Part shown: positions 56,240-64,000 of the stretch, in pieces | Layout of the letters: each line of letters begins with the position of its first letter | Position numbering within the stretch: the first letter of the stretch is position 1 | DNA from: Candidatus Bathyarchaeota archaeon | GTDB taxonomy: Archaea; Thermoproteota; CALKCG01; B24; DRYS01 | Direction of reading: 5' to 3' | Assembly: GCA_018396535.1 (NCBI GenBank) | Contig: JAGTQC010000008.1 | Location: 207 to 64,206 of the forward strand | Length of the DNA stretch: 64,000 bases | Made by a program: the position numbers and the translations under genes | The notes under the pieces: model-generated | Databases searched by the model: none | Seen by the model: only the letters and a program-made list of their open reading frames with translations | What the model was told of the DNA's origin: nothing

Positions 56240-57300
56240 AAGATAGAGCCTTCTACATTGAATAGCTTCTCCTTAACTAATGGAAATCGTTTTTCACATT
56301 GTTTAATTCACTTACCTTCTTAGAATCCTCTTTATCAAATCTAGAAATTCATAGCAGTCTATGGGCATCCTCTAATATAGTAATCTATATTCTACATTTA
56401 CATATAGGATTCCCCTTTAGAGGTAGATTATGTGCTATCTCATGGGTATCTACCTCAATATCGTTTTGATAAATCTCCTTAAGCCGGGATACCTCCAAGT
56501 AGGGCGCACGTCCCTAAAGCCACTAATATCTTAGACTTACCTCTGATTGCTTTCAATTTTTCTTCATCCTCATTTGATACCATAGCTCCTTCGACTAAAG
56601 CTGCATCGCATGATTCAATCTCAGTATTTATCTGCGTCATCATAGGGCTGATGGTTTCCATACCCTCCTCTAATATCATTTCTAGAAGGGTTTCACCGAT
56701 ACGTAGCAGTTCGTTAATACAGTCTGAGCAGCTTCCCAGCTGGTAGATACGTATCTTCATATATAGTCTTAAGCCCCTATCTATATTCACTCTCCTCAAA
56801 TGGATTAAGTAGAAGCTTAACTATCGTATTATAGCCTGGATAACTTGAACCATATATTGAAAACTTGTCTAACACCGTATCCAAGTTTATACCATATTTA
56901 GCGTAAAGCTTAGCTGCCTCACGTATAATATCAGTAGATGTTATAGGTCCACGGTGTCCTTCGTAAATCTTCCCTTTGCGTGGGCGCACTCCTTTGCAAC
57001 CTGCACTCGTTATAGGTCCAAGGTATGCTTCCCCTCTAGCTAGTAGACAATTATCCCCATGCAAGGGGCATTCAGCACATACAAGTATACCCTCAACCCC
57101 ATACTCTTTACACAACTCTAAAAGTTTACATAATCCTTTCCTAGGGTATGAATGGCATGCTACCTTATGGGTTGCGAGTATTGCTTCTAGAGCTATTCTA
57201 CGCGCTTCCCCTAACCCTAGTATTATCTGTTTCTATAGATAGTTTATCGGATACAGGAAATGTGTGAAGGTACAAATCTGCCTGTTCATGATAATTCGAC
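56240..57300 (-). pseudogene. [NiFe]-hydrogenase small-subunit-like segments (group-3 HydD/HoxY-like), degenerate and out of order
   Basis: 57115-56777: VCAECPLHGDNCLLARGEAYLGPITSAGCKGVRPRKGKIYEGHRGP, i.e. the C-terminal pattern with several Cys ligands replaced. 56799-56479: KIRIYQLGSCSDC ... AALVEGAM ... ILVALGTCALLGGIPA, i.e. the N-terminal pattern. Confidence 0.5.
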
Positions 57301-59011
57301 TATACATACTCTACATGTAGCTTCAATTGTCCGCATATAATACATTATACTAGAATCTATCTTATACGATCCATTATCGCTTCTAGCTATAGCTTATACT
57401 GGGCATTGTTTAGCGCATAAGCCGCATCCTACGCAGGTATTTTTCATCAATCATATAATCTACAAGCCTACTACAAACCTTTGCAGGACATTTTTCGCTT
57501 TTATATGTATTTCATACTTCATTTCTAAAGTATTTTAACGTAGATGGAATAGGGTTTGGCGCTGTTTGACCTAGAGCGCATAGACTCGCATTCTTCATAA
57601 ACATCCCTACCTCCTCGAGTATCTCGAGATTATTCTCAGATCCCTCCCCTTCGATGATTCTTGTTAACGTATCGTATAGTATCTTAGATCCAACTCTACA
57701 AGGGATACACTTACCGCATGACTCAGCCATGGTAAACGATGTGAAGAATCTAGCTATATCGACTATACAATTTCCACAATCTATAACTATCAATCCTCCT
57801 GAACCCATTATAGCACCTGCCGATGTTAAACTCTCATAGTCCATAGGTAGATCTAGCATACTCTCTAGGAGACATCCACATGAAGGTCCACCTATTTGAA
57901 CCGCTTTAAATTTTCTCCTCTCTAACGCCTCCAGCTAGCTTAAATATCAAATCCTTCACAGTTATATCTATCGGAACCTCTACAACAGCAGTTCTCGCAG
58001 CGGATCCAGTTATACAGAAAACCTTTGTACCTTTGCTTCTATCCGTACCATATGAGGCAAATTTTCCCATCCATCATTATAGTAGCTACATGAGCAAGAG
58101 TTCCACATTATTTATCACAGTAGGTTTATCAAATAACCCGTATGTAGCTGGATAGGGTGGGCGTTGTCTAGGCATAGCTCTTCCCCCCTCAATAGCGGCT
58201 AGCATAGCAGTTTCTTTACCACATACAAATGCTCCAGCACTACGGGCAACCTCTACATCGAAGTCTGAGTATGATATGTTACGGCCTAGGAGACCGTAGC
58301 ATCTAGCATCCTTTACAGCCTTCATAGCGTAAGCCGCGGTTATCAATCCTTCAAGAACTCTATGAAGATCAGCCTCTGCTAACATCCTATTCATGAAAGC
58401 TCCCGGGCCCCCTTATCAGCGTTGTACACAACATATTTAGGTTGTTGCCCTTTAGCTTCTCTACAAATGCTCCACTTCAGCCATGTAGGAAAGTCTGCCT
58501 TACCTCTTCCTCTTAAACCAGACTTCTTAATAACTTCAATAACATCTTTAGGTCTAGATTCTAAAGCCCTAGCTAGTCCACGGTATCCTCCATAAACTAT
58601 ATAATCCTCTATAGATTCAGAATCGACTATTCCACAATTTCTAGTAACCCATCTTACCTGATGTTTGAAGAAATCTATCTCATCTAGTAAAGGTACTTCA
58701 GATTCACCTCTAGCCGATCCAACTCTATTTCTAAGAGCGAATGCTTCGCTAACATCACCTCCTAGATATGCATCTAGAATTTCGCCTACAGATTCAGGTC
58801 TCACCCTACCATAGATTGCAGAAGGCATTCCATTTCTATGGATCTCTACTATAGGCTCCATATAACATAACCCCATACATCCAACTGGTATAACAGAAGC
58901 CTCCACCCTTCTTTTCTCGACTTCTTTTAAAACTAAATGATACACATCCCTAGCTCCGACTGCTAGCCCACAACCACCCATACCGATAGAAATCTTTAAT
59001 CCACTTCCCAC
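57301..59011 (-). pseudogene. decayed NuoF/HydB-like flavoprotein subunit gene with N-terminal Trx-like 2Fe-2S domain and C-terminal 4Fe-4S extension
   Basis: Split over at least 3 ORFs plus gaps:
- GLRGRGKADFPTWLKW ... NADKGARELS*
- LHRVLEGLITAAYAM ... GAFVCGKETAMLAAIEGG
- GSGGLIVID ... ESCGKCIPCRVG ... LCALGQTAPNP
There is an in-frame TGA at 57512-57514, further frameshifts, and an internal deletion. Confidence 0.7.
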
Positions 59012-59181
59012 TCTTAATCTCAGATATCCTGAACTTTATCTTCTCCCTACAATCTACTTCATCATGGCATAGGGGGCCGTTAATCCTACAATCTATGTAC
59101 TACTTTCTACAAGGAGTTTCTACTGAATGTCTACATATACTGCAACATCTATCCATTAGATTCCATCGCATCATACCGCTT

Positions 59182-59693
59182 TCATCTAGATTTAGGATTA
59201 TCAACTTTAGCTCTAGATCTGTAAGATGTACGTATTTCATTAAAGCCGACTTTGCCATATACTTCGTCGTTCACCTTAATTACAGGTGCTAAGCTGCAGC
59301 ATCCTAGACACCTAACCTTCAAGACTATAAATAATCCATCCGTAAATGTTCTTCCATTAGGCTTTATACCAAGGAGGTTTAAGAGAAACTTGTAGTTTTC
59401 AGAATTGCCTCTAATATAGCATGCTGTACTCATACATATCTGCACTACATATGTGCCTGGAGGCTCTAAGATGAATTGGTGGTAGGAGGTAGCGACTCCA
59501 TAGATAGTACTCAAAGGTACCCCTAAATGATTGGAGATATATTCTAGGCTCGTTTTCGAAGGATATCCTAACTTTGCTTGAATTGATTGTAAGATAGGGA
59601 TTAACCCCCTCTTATATCTAATAAACGTCTTATAGCATCTTCTAAGACCTCTTCCATTAATTCATTGTTTTCCATTTCAGTAGTACGCTGCAT
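59182..59693 (-). pseudogene. NuoE/HoxE-like 2Fe-2S subunit gene with one frameshift
   Basis: MQRTTEMENNELMEEVLEDAIRRLLDIRGG* then, one frame over, LIPILQSIQAKLGYPSKTSLEYISNHLGVPLSTIYGVATSYHQF ... CMSTACYIRG ... CLGCCSLAP. The break is at the C5 run 59605-59609. Confidence 0.7.
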
Positions 59694-60473
59694 TACCTCA
59701 CCCCGTTACATGATCTTAATCTAAACATAGATAGTGTTATTCCTATTATGTAACCATGAGGTGAAAACAGGTATTTAATACCTTCTTCAAACAGTCAATC
59801 TTAATCTCTTCTACCCATTGGATTCCAGGATCATTGTATAGAGTAGCTGGGTCATCTAGAATAACACTATTGTATGGTACTATAGTCTCAGATAAAGCCA
59901 TTTCAAAAGAACCCTCCTTACACTTATAAACCCTAAGGGATTATTCGAAGTAGTTTAAAGCTATTAAGATTAGAAAATTGTTGCATATTTAAATTGTATC
60001 TCCATACATATATCCATCAACCTGCTCACCCATCCTATTACACTAAAATCTAGTATGATTAGAGCCCTTAATAATAACGATTATTCATATGGGATATCCT
60101 TTTAATCAATCATAGTTCCATTTTCATACTGTTCGTATCCATAATCTTCTTTCCCGACTCCATTATTCTTGTCTTACCAAACAAGAATTTTTCTTAGAGA
60201 AGCGGATTAAAGTAATATTTTCTCATATATTCCAAGATAGCTGCTTTGAAGTGACTTTAGTATCTGGGTAAGTATTCTACTTTTAGGTATCTCGCAGCTT
60301 TTCAATACAGTACCCGGATTATATGAAAATATCTTAATTCATTATTACTATAGTTAGTCTTTATGTATTGATTAAAAATCTTTAACAAGAGGAAGCATTT
60401 TTGTTAAAAATAAGTTATGTTATGAAATAATAGTTTATTATTTCATACTATAAATAGTAATATAAAATGACTA

Positions 60474-61865
60474 TCATTGTTGACGCGTAGTCAGCGTTGT
60501 TATACTTTCTGATGGAAATGTTAACTCTAATGTCATATCTTTAGCAACTACATCTCCAATATATTTGCAGTATTCAGTTCTTGATGTACGATATTGCTTG
60601 AAGAGTGATATTGAAGTAATATTCTTTAATATTATTTTAGTGGTTATATCAGATTTACCTCTATTTATCACGACAATCGTAATATCATTATTTTTCTCAT
60701 CTAAGTATGCTGAAACTAATAGTTGAGAATCGATACTCTTCGCATCTATTCTTATAGAACCTGGGCTTATGAATTTAAAAAACTGTTTAACTGCGTAGTA
60801 TTTAGGTGTAACATTATAGTGATCGCCCGCTCTACTTATGCTGATCAACCCGGTTTCCCTATACCAGAAAAGCTCCCATACTAGGTATGCTGAAGCATTA
60901 CCATATACTAATGTATTATGGATGTGTTGAACTGTATACAGTGCCTCCTCGTATGTCCCTGCGTAGGGGAAGTCTAGATAGCTATACTCTGTCATCCATA
61001 ATGGTTTACCATATCTAGTACAATAGCTAGCTATCGCTTTAAGCCATGATACTCCTTCATCAGGATTAGTAAAGGGTATATCATATAGGTGTATAGCGAA
61101 GACATCGACGTATCGAGCCGCATCCGGATCAGACATTACCACTTCTATATACCTAAGCGCTTTTTGGATACCTGATGTTTCTGGGATAACTATTTTCGCT
61201 GTTATGCCCTCCCTTTCAAATTTTTTACCAACAACCTTAATTAAATCTCTCAACTGTTCAGGTGTGTAAACACAAGTTTCCCATGTAGCAGTATAGTCAG
61301 GCTCATTCTGTATACCTATCCAGCCTATATCTATACCATGATGCTTCTTATACCCTAGAATATACGCAGATATCCACTCCGCATACTCTTCATACATCTC
61401 TGGTAGGAGATAACCGTCATCTGTTTCTCGTAGATTACTCTTCATCCATGCTGGGGGGCTCCAAACGGAAGCCATAAACTTCGTAACACCCCTCTTCATA
61501 GCTTCTATAGCATTCCACACTTGATCCTGATCCACTGTGAAATCGTATGCCTCCCAGTTAAATCTATTTGGATCATCATCATCGTTTATACTTTCGATTT
61601 TAGTCCAAGCTCTCAGTCTGTAGATGCATATCCCGAGATCAGAGAAGAGTAGATCTGCAACTTCTGTCCTATATGGCTCTCTAAGATTCTTTAGAAGCCA
61701 CTCATAGTATGCGCCTGAACCGCCAAATCCATCGATCCTTTGATACTTTCTCGCTCCGTCAACCTCTATAGATTTTTCACCTATATTTTGGATAAGAAAA
61801 TATGATATCAACCCTACCAATATAACTATGGTGAGTATTAAGAGTCTTCTCTTCACTTTAAACAC
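60474..61865 (-). CDS. membrane-anchored glycoside hydrolase, GH30-like
   Basis: N-terminal TM helix, then QRIDGFGGSGAYY, WIGIQNEPD (acid/base Glu region) and WMTEYS (nucleophile region). Confidence 0.65.
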   Translation of the reverse strand: MFKVKRRLLILTIVILVGLISYFLIQNIGEKSIEVDGARKYQRIDGFGGSGAYYEWLLKNLREPYRTEVADLLFSDLGICIYRLRAWTKIESINDDDDPNRFNWEAYDFTVDQDQVWNAIEAMKRGVTKFMASVWSPPAWMKSNLRETDDGYLLPEMYEEYAEWISAYILGYKKHHGIDIGWIGIQNEPDYTATWETCVYTPEQLRDLIKVVGKKFEREGITAKIVIPETSGIQKALRYIEVVMSDPDAARYVDVFAIHLYDIPFTNPDEGVSWLKAIASYCTRYGKPLWMTEYSYLDFPYAGTYEEALYTVQHIHNTLVYGNASAYLVWELFWYRETGLISISRAGDHYNVTPKYYAVKQFFKFISPGSIRIDAKSIDSQLLVSAYLDEKNNDITIVVINRGKSDITTKIILKNITSISLFKQYRTSRTEYCKYIGDVVAKDMTLELTFPSESITTLTTRQQ

Positions 61866-62153
61866 ATTATAGTTAATGTCTCTTCCTCCATATCAACCTT
61901 TCTTTACATAGTGAATTAACTACTCGGTTTTAAGAAGGGGAAATACTAAGTATCATGTATGATTCCTACCCATTAACTCGTTGAGGTATAGATGTATTCT
62001 ACCATGATGATAAGTTTCTCTAAGGGTATAGCTATGCTAGTATAATGGTTAATCTCCATCAGAAGATGAAAATGTAAACGATATCACCACGTAGATAAAG
62101 AGGATATCGATGGTTGGGTTGCAGCTATTCTGGAATATGTCTGACAAGTTTTT

Positions 62154-63296
62154 TCAATCTTTATTATCTTTAGTTAGATGCTCGATAAAGGCTGCTGCGA
62201 TGTAGTAGTATGCTGGTTTAGGTCTATACGATTCATCGAAGATTAAAGCTGCGCCATAACCGCTGAAGTGGCTAGGTATCCATGAATACCTATCCGTGAA
62301 ACCCCACATCACAAATGCTTTACAATTCTTCGCCGATAGACATACCTTAATGATTTCACGGTATATCTCTGCTTGTCTGATGAGATCATCCCATCTAGCA
62401 GGCATTCTAATCCGAACATCCATCTCAGTTATATGAACTTCTAATCCTAGCTCGTTTAAACGTCTGATATTAGCTGCCACCTCCTGAGGATTAGGTGGAT
62501 TTTCTAGGCTTATATGCATTTGCAATCCAACACCATGTATCGGTACACCCTTCTCTATAAGGCTCTTAACAAGATTGTATACGGCATTAGACTTCGTATT
62601 CAAACCCTCAGCACCGTAATCATTATAGAAGAGTAAAGCTTGTGGATCAGCTTCATGAGCCCATCTAAATGCTAACTCGATATACTCTGGACCAATAGTC
62701 CTCAACCAGATGGTATCTCTTAAAGTTCCGTCATCGTTTATAGCTTCGTTAACTACATCCCATGCGTAAATCCTCCCTCTATAGCGTCCTACAACTGTCA
62801 TGATATGTTCACGTAGAATATTCATTAATTCCTCACGTGTATATCTCCCCTGTGTAATCCATGTAGGAAGTTGCTGATGCCAAACAAGAGTATGGCCGCG
62901 TACCTTCATCCCATTAGATTCGGCAAAGCTAACTATATGATCTGCATCATCGAAGGAATATACATCTAATTCTGGATGAACTAGCCCAAACTTTAAAGCA
63001 TTCTCAGTCGTCAGGATATTAAACTCCTGCTTAACTGTATAAGCGTAATCTGAAATATCAAGAAGACTACGTTCTACAGCAACCCCAATGTAAATCCCAC
63101 ATTTCTCAGCTAGATTTCTTAATGAAGGCACCGCCATTCTAACCACCATGATATGTCTCCTAAGTTCTGAAACCTGGTTATATAACTCTTTAATCTCCAC
63201 TTCAATAATTAAACCTCTAATGATAGAGAGTATAGCTAGTATCGCTACTAGAACGAGAATAATCCTATAGGCTAACTTTATTTCTAACGTTTTCAT
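62154..63296 (-). CDS. membrane-anchored GH10 endo-1,4-beta-xylanase
   Basis: N-terminal TM helix, then GHTLVWHQQLP, WDVVNEAIND (acid/base Glu) and HITEMDV (nucleophile Glu). Confidence 0.85.
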   Translation of the reverse strand: MKTLEIKLAYRIILVLVAILAILSIIRGLIIEVEIKELYNQVSELRRHIMVVRMAVPSLRNLAEKCGIYIGVAVERSLLDISDYAYTVKQEFNILTTENALKFGLVHPELDVYSFDDADHIVSFAESNGMKVRGHTLVWHQQLPTWITQGRYTREELMNILREHIMTVVGRYRGRIYAWDVVNEAINDDGTLRDTIWLRTIGPEYIELAFRWAHEADPQALLFYNDYGAEGLNTKSNAVYNLVKSLIEKGVPIHGVGLQMHISLENPPNPQEVAANIRRLNELGLEVHITEMDVRIRMPARWDDLIRQAEIYREIIKVCLSAKNCKAFVMWGFTDRYSWIPSHFSGYGAALIFDESYRPKPAYYYIAAAFIEHLTKDNKD

Positions 63297-63918
63297 ACTA
63301 ATTAAATAGATATTTAGTAAACCTCTCTAATTAACCTAAATACTGCCTCCTACTTATATCATGCTGGACTATCAGAAGACCTTAATCTAGAGTAGCTGTA
63401 AGATCCTCTACCAAACAATTCATCACTTCCGCTACTTTCAGAGAAGAATATGATGTAATGAAAGTTATAATTTAATTATAATGATCGATGAAATTGGTAA
63501 GTTTAGAACAGTGGTTGGCCTTAAACTTAAATTTACTGATAAAAGTAAGTTTTCTGAGGTAACCCCTGTCTTTATACCTATCGGTAGATTCTTCCTTTTA
63601 GATCTATTTTTACTATAATTATTGTCTTTTTTGATTGTATACTTTGAATAATGCTCACATCGTGATGTATATTGCATTAATAAATGTGGAATAGCTCGTT
63701 TTAAGTTTGAAGGAAAACTTATACATAACTTTGTTATAAAAGGCATAGGTGTCTTTATGAGCGTTAAGGTAGTAAGGAAGAAGGGTAATTAAAGGAATAA
63801 TAAATAATGTGATCATGATTGGAAGCCTACAGAAACAACTGATGCATATACGCATCTGAAGCTTGCATATGGCAGGCGTAGTGAGAAAAATTTTTATCGG
63901 CTATTCCCTAAATGCTAA

Positions 63919-64000
63919 ATGAGGTCCTCTCCGATGGGTACGGTCTTGTTTGTTTGCGTTGAGAATAGCTTTAGGAGTCAGATTGCTGAGGCATATTTTA
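63919..64000 (+). CDS. low-molecular-weight phosphotyrosine phosphatase / ArsC-type arsenate reductase, 5' fragment cut by window end
   Basis: MRSSPMGTVLFVCVENSFRSQIAEAYF contains the CX5R(S/T) P-loop. Confidence 0.5.
   Translation, partial: MRSSPMGTVLFVCVENSFRSQIAEAYF

Noticed and set aside
57512-57514. In-frame TGA within the NuoF-like reading frame, considered as a selenocysteine codon.
   Set aside because: The position does not correspond to a Cys or Sec site in NuoF. The gene also carries several frameshifts, a deletion and lost ligands, so a nonsense mutation in a pseudogene is the simpler reading.
63465-63855. Two overlapping minus-strand ORFs (93 and 66 aa) in the AT-rich spacer after the xylanase gene.
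   Set aside because: They are Lys/Ile/Asn/Tyr-rich low-complexity translations of AT-rich DNA, with no motif or coupling to neighbours. They are probably not genes.

Overview
This is an archaeal chromosome segment. Markers are TBP, Rpo6/RpoK, the PriL-PriS-GINS operon, AglB/STT3 and archaeal-type ValRS, TrpRS and PheRS. Codon usage is AT-rich, and the replication and transcription genes look TACK/Thermoproteota-like, but the species cannot be determined from this window. By eye I found no rRNA, tRNA or CRISPR array.

- **1-3.6 kb:** an accessory patch with a VapBC toxin-antitoxin pair, a small retropepsin-like ORF and decayed gene relics.
- **3.6-18.9 kb:** a roughly 15-kb operon on one strand, encoding a tailed-virus (HK97/Caudoviricetes-type) head and tail. 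It runs large terminase, portal, protease-capsid fusion, connector proteins, tube, chaperone with a -1 frameshift signal, tape measure, distal tail. An ABC-ATPase/GNAT fusion sits inside the tail module. I see no integrase, replication or lysogeny genes, so it is either a defective provirus or a GTA-like element.
- **19.1-23.0 kb:** a SipW-like signal peptidase paralogue, a small secreted beta-rich protein and a 698-aa polytopic membrane protein. This is a candidate TasA/bundling-pilus-like surface filament locus.
- **23-55 kb:** mostly housekeeping genes. One interruption is a 2-kb AT-rich gene desert containing a radical-SAM relic.
- **55.4-59.7 kb:** a heavily decayed hydrogenase operon. 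It combines NuoE/NuoF-like genes, [NiFe] small-subunit-like segments and a recognisable [FeFe] H-domain relic.
- **60.4-63.3 kb:** a membrane-anchored GH30 plus GH10 xylanase pair, set in AT-rich spacers.

Several reading-frame breaks fall in homopolymer runs, so assembly error cannot be excluded for those. All functional calls come from motif recognition by eye. No database search was run.
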